64,000 nt of DNA from a virus (taxonomy: Duplodnaviria; Caudoviricetes): positions 105,749-169,748 of IMG/VR virus record IMGVR_UViG_3300037255_000025; one strand, given 5' to 3'. Under the pieces are notes generated by a model, which was given only the letters and a program-made list of their open reading frames with translations, ran no database searches and was not told the origin of the DNA. Shown piece after piece: positions 37,222 through 46,778 of the stretch (positions within the stretch are counted from its first letter, which is position 1; each line of letters starts with the position of its first letter). A program made the translations under genes and the position numbers.

Positions 37222-40035
37222 TTAGTCGGGCGAGATCACGCGCGCTCCGACGGAGCCCGCCTGGATCGCGTGTTGAATCGCGCACTGGCGCGCGAAGCAC
37301 ATCGCGGCGATGCGGTCGGGTGTGTGGGCCGCGGGGTCGTAGCTGAACAGGTTCGACAGCCACTCGCTGGTCTCGCGGTCGCGCTGCTTGCCGTCGTGAC
37401 CCGTGGGGATGATCCACTTCTTGTTCATCATCTCGACCGCCACGGCCTCGACGACGAATTCGAGTGACGGGTTGACGCCCGAGCCGGTCCGGTAGGGCAC
37501 GACCGTGATGGCGCTGCGTCGGCTTAGCATGTCCAACATGCCCAACTGCGCCCCGACGGACTCGACCATGACGATCGACCCGAAGCGCTCGGCCGCGCTC
37601 TCGACCTTCGCGATCGTGTCGGGGCTGGTCCACCGGCCCGCCTCGACCTCGAGCACCCGCCGGTCCCCGTTGGGCATGACCGCGATCGTGAAGATGCATG
37701 ATAGGTCCGCCGCCGCCTTCTTGGAGAACGCCAAGTCCACGCCCGTGTAGATCCCGATGCGGTCCAGCGGACCCTCGGCGTGGTCCCCGAGGAGCCGCGC
37801 CGACTCAGCGGCAAGCTGCTGGTCGGCCCAGTCAGGGTGTCGCTCGAGCAGCTCATCGAACAGGTCCCCGGCCGAGTGACACGGGCGCAACCCCTCACCG
37901 CGCGCGCAACAAGCGTCCACCCACTCGCGCTTGAACCGCAAGCTCTCGTCGTCGCGCGCCTGGCACAACAGGGCCCGCGCGAACTCGAACGGCCCCATGT
38001 CCATGCGCTTCTGCTCGATGCGCTTCGGGGTCCACCGCTCGGGCCAGGCGACGACGCCCTGCTCGTCGTAAACCGGGAACCGGTACAACGCGAAACCCGG
38101 CTTCTTGGAAAGCCGGTGAACGAGGTCGTCCGGGTGCCAAGCGTTACTGAGTACAACCACGCGGGCCGAGCCCGTGAGCCGGCCCATCAGGGTCGCCTGC
38201 ACCCAGTTCCATAGGTGGTCGCGCGGGGTCTGGGTCCGGGTGTTCTCCGAATCCAACACGTCGTCCAGGATCAGGTCGTCGATGCGGGCGCCGTGGATGT
38301 TGCCGAAGATGCCCGTGGCCTGGACGCTCGGGTCCTTCGCGAACACGGTCCGCTCGACCGTGAGCTGGTGCAGGTTGAACGGCATCCGGACGTCCTTGGA
38401 CCGGACGAGGTTCGGGAAGACCTCGTGTAGCTCGTCGGACTGCTGAATGTACTGCCCGATGCTCCGGACGATCTTCTGGGCGAGCTGGCTCGTCTTGGTG
38501 ACGATGACGACGCGGCGGTTGGGGTTGCGCCCCAGGTTCCACAGCGTCCGACCCACGGACATCTGCACGGTGTTGTGCGTGACGATGTAGTCGCGGCCCG
38601 CAACGTACGTGCAGTCCGGCGAGGCCTCCGGGTCTACCGCGATGCAGCGCATCGGCACCGTGTCGACCCGGTCGATCGCTACAACGCACCGATACGTCAC
38701 GCGCGCGCCCCGCGCCGAGACCTCGCCGGTCTCGTGCATCGCTCGCTTCCGCGGAGACCAAAAGACGGGGTCGTGACTCGTGAAGCACACGCGCCAATTG
38801 GGCCCCATGTCCTGCCCGTTGAGCGTCGCCCGCTCCGTCGCGATGGTCGCCTTGATCCCGAGAGACCGCGCTAGCTCCAACACCGAGACGGCCAAGCGCT
38901 GCGTCGTGCTCGAGAATTCTACCCGTGCGCCTGCCGCCGACCCGTCGGTGTCGAGTAGTCCCGCGAGCAAGTCGCGCCGCTGCTCGACGGACCCGATGAG
39001 GTAGTCGGCCGGAACGTGCTTGTCCTCGAGCACGCCAACCTGCCGAAGCTTGTCCCGAAGACCCAACGCCCTAACGCCGCGCCGCCCGCCGCCGATCGTC
39101 ACCGTTACCGCGTTCGAACCCCTCTTGTCGTACGGCCAAACGCTCACCGGCGGGAGCCCCAGAAGCTCGTGACACCGGTCGGCCACCGCGCGGTCCTCAC
39201 CGTTGAACGTGACCGTAGCCTTGCCGACGGACCCGTTCCCAAGCCAGACCCCCAACACGTAAGGCGGCACCAGGTACGCGCGCGCCGGGTATTCCACCGG
39301 CGCCGTCAGCGGGATCCTCCAGTTGTAGAGGTCGTACCGCGACCCGTCGGCGCGTTTAGCCCCAGACCGCCGCGTCAAGCCCGCGTCGATCATTTCCTGC
39401 GTTGTCACGACGCGCCAACCGTCCTCCGAGAGTTCAGCTCGACTCGCGGCTTTGCGACGTGCCGCGCTCGCGGCCAAGCCATCGAGGAAAGCCTGCGACG
39501 GCGGCCGCTTCAGCTTACTCGGATCAGTGCGACGAGGTCGCTGTACCCGGCCGGTCTTTTCCGACGAGAGCCGGCCGACATCCGCCAAGTTGCGTGCGAC
39601 CCAGCGGTGCTCGTCCGACGCCACGATCGAGGCCCCGTCGTCAAACGTGAGCCGGTAGGTGACGTGGTCTAGCTCGACGGGGCCCGCCCACGTCACGCGA
39701 CACGCGCGGCCGTTGCGCCCGAAGACGACGTCGCCCGCAGCGAGGTCCCCCATGGTCCGCCAACCACCCGGCGTCGGGACCGGCGTGTCGACCGCGAGGT
39801 GCTTCCCGCTCTCAATCGCCGCAAGTATGAGTAATCGTTCATGTTTATCGAGAAGACCATGCCACGCGACGTGCTGCGGCGCGTTCGTGATGCGCTTGCC
39901 CGTCGACTCGTCGCGCAAGACGAACTGGTTGAACGCGACCGCGTTCGTCCGGGCCCGGACCGCAAGATTGCGCAGGACCTGATGGCCGACCGCGCTGTCG
40001 CGCGCGACCACGTGTTCTTCGGGCCAGTCAGCCAC
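37222..40035 (-). CDS. terL: terminase large subunit containing an intein
   Basis: Walker A ESGK|T, Walker B LILDDVLD, NAWHPDDL, nuclease GVDLA; GGAGG before GTG 40035. Confidence 0.9.
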   Translation of the reverse strand: MADWPEEHVVARDSAVGHQVLRNLAVRARTNAVAFNQFVLRDESTGKRITNAPQHVAWHGLLDKHERLLILAAIESGKHLAVDTPVPTPGGWRTMGDLAAGDVVFGRNGRACRVTWAGPVELDHVTYRLTFDDGASIVASDEHRWVARNLADVGRLSSEKTGRVQRPRRTDPSKLKRPPSQAFLDGLAASAARRKAASRAELSEDGWRVVTTQEMIDAGLTRRSGAKRADGSRYDLYNWRIPLTAPVEYPARAYLVPPYVLGVWLGNGSVGKATVTFNGEDRAVADRCHELLGLPPVSVWPYDKRGSNAVTVTIGGGRRGVRALGLRDKLRQVGVLEDKHVPADYLIGSVEQRRDLLAGLLDTDGSAAGARVEFSSTTQRLAVSVLELARSLGIKATIATERATLNGQDMGPNWRVCFTSHDPVFWSPRKRAMHETGEVSARGARVTYRCVVAIDRVDTVPMRCIAVDPEASPDCTYVAGRDYIVTHNTVQMSVGRTLWNLGRNPNRRVVIVTKTSQLAQKIVRSIGQYIQQSDELHEVFPNLVRSKDVRMPFNLHQLTVERTVFAKDPSVQATGIFGNIHGARIDDLILDDVLDSENTRTQTPRDHLWNWVQATLMGRLTGSARVVVLSNAWHPDDLVHRLSKKPGFALYRFPVYDEQGVVAWPERWTPKRIEQKRMDMGPFEFARALLCQARDDESLRFKREWVDACCARGEGLRPCHSAGDLFDELLERHPDWADQQLAAESARLLGDHAEGPLDRIGIYTGVDLAFSKKAAADLSCIFTIAVMPNGDRRVLEVEAGRWTSPDTIAKVESAAERFGSIVMVESVGAQLGMLDMLSRRSAITVVPYRTGSGVNPSLEFVVEAVAVEMMNKKWIIPTGHDGKQRDRETSEWLSNLFSYDPAAHTPDRIAAMCFARQCAIQHAIQAGSVGARVISPD
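38572..39801 (-). mobile_element. class-3 intein (410 aa) with LAGLIDADG homing endonuclease domain
   Basis: HLAVDTPVPTPGGW start; HRW, MRCI, VTHN|T; LGVWLGNG and LLAGLLDTDG blocks. Confidence 0.9.
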
Positions 40036-40867
40036 GGAGCCTCCGCAGGACCTCGGCGGCGGCCCACCAAGCAAGCACACCGCCCACGCGGCCCCCGCCG
40101 GTCGCGACCACGATACCGGGCGACGCCTCTCGCACGGTGGGCTCGGGCAGGACAGGGCGCATCCCCCAGATTGAACCACGATCCTCAAGCGTGCCCACAG
40201 CTTCTTGGAGCGGACCCAACGCCCGCACGCGCATTTTCTCTGTGTAGTCGTGCGCGCGCGATGGATCGCGCTCCAAAGTCTCGCCAAGCCGCACGACACC
40301 CAACCCCCACGAACGCGCCGCGTAGGCAAAGTACGACGTCACCGGGACCAGCATCGTCCGTGCGGGCGTTCGCTCCGCCTTGAACAAGAGACCGCGCCCG
40401 CCGAGCGCCTCGACGCCCACGAGGGCAAGCCCGCTTGCGTTCAGAATCTGGTCCGTCCAGACGCCCGCGGCGAGCACAACAAGCCCGCCCTCGACAACGT
40501 CGCCCCCCTGGAGGTGTACGCGGCCGCGCTCGACGCGCGTGACCTTCCCCGCAGCCCGCTCTGCGTAGAGCGCCAAAACGTCCTCGGGCCAGAACGTCGC
40601 CCAGTCCAACCGTGCCTTGCGTCCGACGACATCGGCACCGTCGAAGTCAAAAACAGCCCCGTGTTGCCGTCCGAGCGACTCGGCTGCGCGCGCTCGCTCG
40701 GCCCAAAGGCCCTTGTACCAAGAGCGCGCGTAATAGCCGCTCGCCGCTCGTGAGGCCGCGCTGGGCTCCGCCGAGTCGATCAAGGTAACAGACGCGCCTG
40801 CGTCGGCCGCGACCCGCGCGATAGCGGTCCCCCAGAAGCCGCCGCCCACCACGACGAGGTCCTTCAA
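40028..40867 (-). CDS. FAD-dependent oxidoreductase (DAO/glycine-oxidase-like)
   Basis: VVVGGGFWG dinucleotide fold, ASRAASG, VLAAGVW, WGMRP. Confidence 0.85.
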   Translation of the reverse strand: MKDLVVVGGGFWGTAIARVAADAGASVTLIDSAEPSAASRAASGYYARSWYKGLWAERARAAESLGRQHGAVFDFDGADVVGRKARLDWATFWPEDVLALYAERAAGKVTRVERGRVHLQGGDVVEGGLVVLAAGVWTDQILNASGLALVGVEALGGRGLLFKAERTPARTMLVPVTSYFAYAARSWGLGVVRLGETLERDPSRAHDYTEKMRVRALGPLQEAVGTLEDRGSIWGMRPVLPEPTVREASPGIVVATGGGRVGGVLAWWAAAEVLRRLRG

Positions 40868-41757
40868 AGCCCCACCAGCCTTCCGGTGTCCCGATAGACC
40901 GACTTCAGCACGGGCCGGACGCCAGACCAGCCCATCGCCTCGCCGCGGTAACGGGCGGGGAACGAAGCGGCGCGCGCAGCCCACCATACGGGGCCCAGGT
41001 TGTCGCGTACCAGCGTCTCTTGCTGTTCGTCGATGTCCTTGCCCAGGTAGTAATTCCCGCGGCACAGGCTGTTGTAATCGCACAACGCGGTCTCAAGCTG
41101 ATCGAGCGCGTTGAGCCCCGCGCCGCCGTCTTGGGCGCGCTTGAGCAAGTCGTGCTGGCGCTGCGGGTCGCAGCACTCCTGCCAGGTCATGCCCGTGAGC
41201 CGCACCATCCCGGGGATCGGCCCCGCGGTCTCGCCCAACTTTGAGCCGATGTCGGGCGCCGTGATGGGCAGCCCGTGAACCGACTTCAACAAGTCGGCCC
41301 ACTTGTAGCTCGCCCAAGGTCCCGCGTTCGGTACCGCCTCCAGCGCCGTCCGGACCTTCACCCAGCCCTCTTCCGGCGAGCCGCCCCGGGCGAGACCCGA
41401 GACCCAACCGTCGAGCGTCGCGGTGCCCACGGCTTCGAGTACCCCGTTGAGGAACGCCGCGGCTTTGGCTCGGCCAGCGTCGCCCCGGACGCCTCGACGC
41501 TCGATGCCGGTGGGCAACACCGGAAGCCGCGCAGGATCTATGGGCTCCGGAACGGGGTACACGAGCCCGACTTTTGCGGCGCTTCCGAGCGAGTACCAGG
41601 CCAAGTACAGGAGCGTCCGCCAAAGGCGGTCGGACTCCGGAAGATGCTGGTAGACGCGCGCCAACACGGGGTACGTCGGGTCCAGGTCACCCGACTCGAC
41701 CTGCCCGCGGGAGAACCGGCAAAAGTCTCGGAACGAGTCGCGCCCGTGCAGCGTCAT
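40864..41757 (-). CDS. amino acid:DNA transferase (aGPT-pyrophosphorylase clade-2-like)
   Basis: DLDPTY, GPWASYKWADL HhH-like, LETALCDY, YY.GKDIDE. Confidence 0.8.
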   Translation of the reverse strand: MTLHGRDSFRDFCRFSRGQVESGDLDPTYPVLARVYQHLPESDRLWRTLLYLAWYSLGSAAKVGLVYPVPEPIDPARLPVLPTGIERRGVRGDAGRAKAAAFLNGVLEAVGTATLDGWVSGLARGGSPEEGWVKVRTALEAVPNAGPWASYKWADLLKSVHGLPITAPDIGSKLGETAGPIPGMVRLTGMTWQECCDPQRQHDLLKRAQDGGAGLNALDQLETALCDYNSLCRGNYYLGKDIDEQQETLVRDNLGPVWWAARAASFPARYRGEAMGWSGVRPVLKSVYRDTGRLVGL

Positions 41758-42194
41758 GGGAACAGGTAGCAGCACAGGGCTCGGCGCTGATCGCTCTTGG
41801 CTCGCGCGCGCCCCATCAAGACGCCCCCGAGGCTGACGTAGAACGCGTTGCTCGCTAGGTTGGTGGCGTCGGTCTTGAGTTCAAGAGGTCGAGGCATAGA
41901 ACCCACCAAGGCACGCGCGAACCCTTGACGCCGCGCCGCGGGCAGGACTCCAATCTCGCCCAGGACCGCGACGCCGTCGCGCGCCCGGACTCTGTAATGG
42001 GCGAACGCCGCACCCTCGACACCCACCCAGTGCTCGCGTGCGACCTTGTGGGGCGTCGACGTGCGCGCTTTCTGATAAACGTACCAGGCGCGCGCCCCCA
42101 CGACGAACCAGGACCCGATGTCCGCCTCGACCGAGGTCCAGACACGCTTGAGCCACTCGGTGTCGGTGGGCTCGAGCCCACGAACAACCGTCAC
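41754..42194 (-). CDS. GNAT acetyltransferase
   Basis: EIGVLPAARRQGFARALV; N..SNAFY.SLG. Confidence 0.85.
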   Translation of the reverse strand: MTVVRGLEPTDTEWLKRVWTSVEADIGSWFVVGARAWYVYQKARTSTPHKVAREHWVGVEGAAFAHYRVRARDGVAVLGEIGVLPAARRQGFARALVGSMPRPLELKTDATNLASNAFYVSLGGVLMGRARAKSDQRRALCCYLFP

Positions 42195-43144
42195 GCGTCA
42201 GACTCCTCTGGCTCAACAACCTGGGGCTCGTCCTCCTCGTCCTCTTCGAGCGGCCCGCCGAGGGCCCCACGGAGGTTCTTCGCGCGCTCCCGCTCCTCCG
42301 CAGGGCTCAGGCAATCGAGCATGCCAGTGCGGAAGTAGAAAACTACCGAAATCCGCTCGTGGCCCCCGTGGTCTGGGTCGCCCGCGGGGCCGACGGCGCC
42401 GTGTATGGGCGTGTTGCCGTGGACCTCGTGCGGGTCGAACGCGATGACGTCACGGTCCTGGAGATCCACCGCGACGCCGAAGCGCGGGAATACCAATTCG
42501 CCCCCGCGATAGCTACCCTGACGCAAGACGCTGATGATGCCGAACCCCTCGGGTAGGTCGCCTGCGTCGCGATGGCAACCGCCAGCGAAGGTGTTGTTGA
42601 CCGTGAGGGTCGTGAAGGGCGTGCCGGGGACCACGTACGCCGGGTGCGTCTTGGCGGCCGCCACCATTTGAGCCGCGTACCGGTCCGGCGCGACCGACTC
42701 GAACACCCGCGCGACCTGCTGGACGTATGGAAAGCACGCGGCCCACTCTTCCGGCCGCTCCATCGAGGCCGCGCAGGCCCGACAGTACGGGATGCGCGCG
42801 TAGCGGTCCGACGAGCCTACGACGGCCGACGCTACAGGTTGACCACCAATGTTCGTGCGAGAAAGCTGGCCCGACGCCAAGACACGCTTGTTGCGACCAG
42901 AGGCGCCGAAGTGCCCACGGTTGTTGGTCTTGCGGTTGCGAAGCCAGTGAAGGAACGGGTAAGCGGCGTCCGCGGCCTCGCGGTTCACGGCGGCGCGCCG
43001 GAGCGTCAACAGGCGCTCGCCTGACGGCTTGTAGACCGTGCAGTCGCCCTCGGCCTTCAGGACGATGTCCTGGGGCAGCATCCGGCGCCCCAGCATGGCC
43101 TCAACCTCTGCTGCGGGCCGCTGCCCTCTGAGCTGTACGATCAC
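42191..43144 (-). CDS. TET/JBP-family 2OG-Fe(II) dioxygenase
   Basis: TPFTTLTVN, HRD.GD (HxD), HEVHGNTP, RISVVFYFR. Confidence 0.88.
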   Translation of the reverse strand: MIVQLRGQRPAAEVEAMLGRRMLPQDIVLKAEGDCTVYKPSGERLLTLRRAAVNREAADAAYPFLHWLRNRKTNNRGHFGASGRNKRVLASGQLSRTNIGGQPVASAVVGSSDRYARIPYCRACAASMERPEEWAACFPYVQQVARVFESVAPDRYAAQMVAAAKTHPAYVVPGTPFTTLTVNNTFAGGCHRDAGDLPEGFGIISVLRQGSYRGGELVFPRFGVAVDLQDRDVIAFDPHEVHGNTPIHGAVGPAGDPDHGGHERISVVFYFRTGMLDCLSPAEERERAKNLRGALGGPLEEDEEDEPQVVEPEESDA

Positions 43145-43884
43145 GCTTCCCCGGGGAGCCCCGCGACAGCCTGCGCAACCGCGGCCAACACGGCCTCCGT
43201 GACGTTCGGCGTACCCCAGGCGGCGTTGAGCCGCTGGCATTCCGCCAAGAACTTCGGCTGCGTCGTCGAATCCAGGTAGAGCTGCACCATGCGAGTCTGC
43301 GCCACCCCCGCGTCAGGCGTGTCGCTACCCTGGTGGAGGTTCTGCCTCGGCTCGTCTTGCTCGCCCAGCGCAGGGTTTTCACCGTCACCGACGGTCGACA
43401 CCTCCATGGGCGCGACCGCCAGCATCTTCATCAGCTCCTCCTCACCGAAGCCGAGGTCGATCGCGCTCAGGGCCTCGCCCCCTTGGTCAAGGCCGCGCAG
43501 CAAGTCCTCCAGCTTCGTCGGGTCCCACTGGCCACGCTTCTGGTTCATCTTGACCGTGAGCTTCTTGGCCTCGGCCTCGGTCAAGCCGTTCAGGAAGACC
43601 ATCGGACCGGACTTCAGCCCCAACTCGGTCGCGGCAGCCCAACGGTGCTCCCCGTCTACAATCAGGTCACGCTTCGCCCCGGTCTCGTCCGTCCCCCAGA
43701 CAAGCAGCGCCTGGGACGCGAGCCAGCCGTCCTCGAGCAGGCCGTGCTTCAGGCTCTCGGCCTGGGCGGGCGTCATGACGTTCGGATTGTACCCGTTGGG
43801 CTTGACGCTCTTGAGGGGTCGCATCACGACCTCGCCCACGACCCGGGCCTTCTTCTCCACCGCGGGCTCTTGCTCGACGCTCAT
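43141..43884 (-). CDS. ParB/Srx N-terminal domain protein
   Basis: PNGYNPN, IVDGEHRW, N..RG. Confidence 0.85.
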   Translation of the reverse strand: MSVEQEPAVEKKARVVGEVVMRPLKSVKPNGYNPNVMTPAQAESLKHGLLEDGWLASQALLVWGTDETGAKRDLIVDGEHRWAAATELGLKSGPMVFLNGLTEAEAKKLTVKMNQKRGQWDPTKLEDLLRGLDQGGEALSAIDLGFGEEELMKMLAVAPMEVSTVGDGENPALGEQDEPRQNLHQGSDTPDAGVAQTRMVQLYLDSTTQPKFLAECQRLNAAWGTPNVTEAVLAAVAQAVAGLPGEA

Positions 43885-43899
43885 GCCCGCACTGTCTCA

Positions 43900-44009
43900 G
43901 AGACGTCTCAAACTTGCAACGTTCTCCGGGGGGTTCAGCAAGCTGATACCCGGTTCGGTTCCTGCCCAACCAGAGGTTTCGTACCACGCTTACGCGCAGC
44001 ACCAGAGCC
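43900..44009 (-). ncRNA. orphan omegaRNA-like element without tnpB (guide TTGCAAGTTTGAGACGTCTC)
   Basis: 90-nt homology (43920-44009) to tnpB 3' ends, with compensatory stem changes, ending GGAGAACG. Confidence 0.75.
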
Positions 44010-44181
44010 GCCCCGGTACCGCCGCCCTGGCTTCCGCCTCTGTATTGAATACCCAGGCGAACTCAACCAACGGCGTGAACGAACGCGCGGCCGTGAGATC
44101 GCTGTTGCGTAGGTAGTAGTAGTACCCTGGCTTCTGTTCCGGACGACCTAGTTCACCCGCTCTGTATCGGACGACCCACAC
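43990..44181 (-). pseudogene. paralogue family member truncated by the omegaRNA element
   Basis: VWVVRY...YYYYL...AWVFNTEAEA, then runs into the omegaRNA; lacks the VVxLAD tail. Confidence 0.6.
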
Positions 44182-44189
44182 GGGGGCGG

Positions 44190-44945
44190 CTACTTGGAGC
44201 AGAGCGCGGGCGAGAACAACTTCCCCGGCCACTGCACGGCGAAGCCCGCTCGGGCGTCTCGGACACGCGCCTCGGCCGCGACGATGTCGTCGCCCGCTTC
44301 CTTGACCTCGTAGAGGTTGACGACGCCGAAGCGCGCGCCGTTCGCCCGGATGTGCGCGAGCCGGGCCTGCTGATACCGGAGGTTCGCGAGGGCGTCGCAA
44401 GTCGCACGCGCGTCGTTCGCGATATGCTCGGCCGTCCTTCGGACCATGCAAGCCCGGTCGGGTCGGCACGCCCGCTCCTCCACCAGGAGCTTCTCGTAAG
44501 CGTTGAGCGCCATCGAGAGCTTCACGTCGTCCGGCGGGGCCTCGTCGCACGTGTCCTTGAACGCGCTCCTCGCCAGGGTGAACCGCTCACGCGCGTCCGC
44601 TAGATCCCGCTCGCGCGACTCGATGTCGCCGAAGAACGGGTCGATGCGCGTGACGATCTCGACCGACGCCAGCTTGGCCTCAAGCGCCTTTCGGGCCTTC
44701 AGGCACTGCATCGCCTGCTGCCCGTCCGCCACGCCCTTGGCCGCCATCGCGAGGGCCTGCTGGTTGCGCGCGGCCTGTTCGTCACGCATCCGCTGGAAGT
44801 TGGCCTCCCGGGCCTGCGCCCGGGCCTCGGGACTCGGGCCGGTTGTGTGCGGTGCGGGGTTGCGCTGCCCAACCGTGATACCGCCGAAGTCGCAACCTGC
44901 GCACGCGAGCAAAACGAAGAAGAGACCTAGCTGTAGCGGTTTCAT
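44190..44945 (-). CDS. lipoprotein
   Basis: MKPLQLGLFFVLLACAGC signal/lipobox. Confidence 0.7.
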   Translation of the reverse strand: MKPLQLGLFFVLLACAGCDFGGITVGQRNPAPHTTGPSPEARAQAREANFQRMRDEQAARNQQALAMAAKGVADGQQAMQCLKARKALEAKLASVEIVTRIDPFFGDIESRERDLADARERFTLARSAFKDTCDEAPPDDVKLSMALNAYEKLLVEERACRPDRACMVRRTAEHIANDARATCDALANLRYQQARLAHIRANGARFGVVNLYEVKEAGDDIVAAEARVRDARAGFAVQWPGKLFSPALCSK

Positions 44946-45409
44946 CAGACGGTTCCTTTGTTGGTCGTGACCTTGCGGCGCTGCTGCACCGGGCGCACGG
45001 GTTTCGGGTAAGTCATTGACGAGCCGTCCGCGAACCTATCGCGAGCCGTCTTTGACGGGGTCTGCGAGGGTCGCGCCCAGGAGAACGCCTGGAACAGCAC
45101 GGACCAGACGTCGTGGTAAACGTCGGCTCGTGCGTGCCCTTGCTTCGAAGCGACTGCGTTCTTGAAGTTGTCGTACTTGAGCCCCTCGAGCAGGAACCGC
45201 CCGACGAAGGCCGCGAGCGCGTCCCGCTTGACGACGACCCGGAACGGGTAGTCAGTCACGGCCGACGTCAGGACCTTCGAGGTTTCGAGCCCCGCGCGCC
45301 GCAACGCCAGGAGGTCCTCCCGGACGCGGGACCGGACCAACAGCTCATCCGCCGCCGCGGGCTGCTTGGAGACGACAGAGAAGACACCAATGGGCAAAAA
45401 AATCCACAC
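44945..45409 (-). CDS. conserved-looking phage hypothetical protein
   Basis: WIF...FSVV..LLVRSR..DL..TDYPFR..Y.NFK. Confidence 0.6.
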   Translation of the reverse strand: MWIFLPIGVFSVVSKQPAAADELLVRSRVREDLLALRRAGLETSKVLTSAVTDYPFRVVVKRDALAAFVGRFLLEGLKYDNFKNAVASKQGHARADVYHDVWSVLFQAFSWARPSQTPSKTARDRFADGSSMTYPKPVRPVQQRRKVTTNKGTV

Positions 45410-45507
45410 GACGATGCTCAACCTTTCACGTAGCCCCTGGTGCCTCCCAATCAGCCGCGCGAGCCACCCCAGCGTGAACGCCATCCGCGGTGAGAGGCGC
45501 GGCCATG

Positions 45508-46712
45508 TCAGGCGTACCCCGCGTACCGATCCTCGCGGTCGCTGTCCCCGTCGCACTCGCGGCACAGGCCCACCTCCGGCGCCTCGGAGGCCGTCTCGCG
45601 CGTGCCATCGACGAGCACGAATCCGCGCGTGACGGCCTTGCGGCGGGGGTGCCGCACGCAATGTCTACGGTCCGCCTTGCCGCGCGCGGCCTCGCTCTCC
45701 GTGACGCGGATCACGAGAACACCTTGCCGTCTACGACGTAGACGGCCTCCGGCTCGACGCCGGGCGGCGCCGCCCCGTCCGGGACGTAGACCCAGACATC
45801 AATGGCTGGGTCTAGATACGCGAGGACCAGGCCCGTTCCGTGGATCTCGTTGAGGGATGCCTCGACGAGATCCTGACTTGGATCTCCCGCCAGGACGGCG
45901 GCGTCCTCGCCTCTCATGACGATTCCGCAGGAATCGCCGATGGCCTCCTCCCGGAGGCGCTGATCTGCTGCGGAGCGCGGCTCCGCGTCGTGGGACGCGA
46001 CCCACGCGAGCGCTTGGCGGTTCGTCACGATGTCACCTCCGTGAGAGCAGCGAGAGCCGCTCTCTTGTCTTTTCTCGTAGTCCCCACGTGTTCCCACATG
46101 CCGGAGCCCTCCACTCCGTCGTCGTGGGACAACCGACGGACCCAGCCGTCCATGCGCTCCGTGAGCGGCTGCCCGAGCCGGCGCGCGCGCTCCTCACGAG
46201 GCAGCGAGAGCCACGCCGCGAGCAGCGCCGTGCGAAGCACCCGGCCCTCCCCAGGGGGGCCAGCGTACCGCTCGCTGAGGTAGCAGCGAGGGTCACCGCA
46301 GTCGCCGCGGTCGATGCCGCAGGCCATGCATTCGTTGCTCTTCGCGATGCACGCGCTATGCGCGGGCATCCCATCGACGGTGGTGTCCGGGTCGATCATG
46401 ATCTTATTCGCTTCCTTCTGCGCCTCGGCGCAGCACAACCGGCTGGGGCGAAACGACGGACCCGCGCTAGTCGCGCGCGAAGCTATGGAGGTCGCCGAGG
46501 CGGACAACGATCTTGCGCCCGTCCGCGGTCGTGACGTCGACCAGCGTATCGGGCGACTGGGCGTGGAAGGCGAAAACGTCCGACATCTCGACCTCGACCT
46601 CGGTGTGACCCGCGAGGCTCGTCGCGCCCGCGGCGTCGGTGACGACCTCGCCCCCAAGGAAGCAGCAGTGGATCGAGGTCTCGGTCACCAGGTTCGTCGT
46701 CTCGTTGCTCAT
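45508..46712 (-). other. small hypothetical ORFs (46467-46712, 46025-46399, 45711-46028, 45508-45714)
   Basis: Mostly coupled ORFs downstream of a sigma70-like promoter. Confidence 0.55.
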
Positions 46713-46763
46713 GTCTAGAACTATAAGACGAGTTAGGCAGAGCGCAAGTGTTAGAAGAGAATT
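46713..46763 (-). promoter_or_regulatory. sigma70-like promoter, copy 1 (TTGCGC-N16-TATAGT-N7-ATG)
   Basis: Conserved with 59871-59921, including upstream AATTCTCTTCTAACAC. Confidence 0.8.
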
Positions 46764-46778
46764 AAGTTCAGGGGACGT

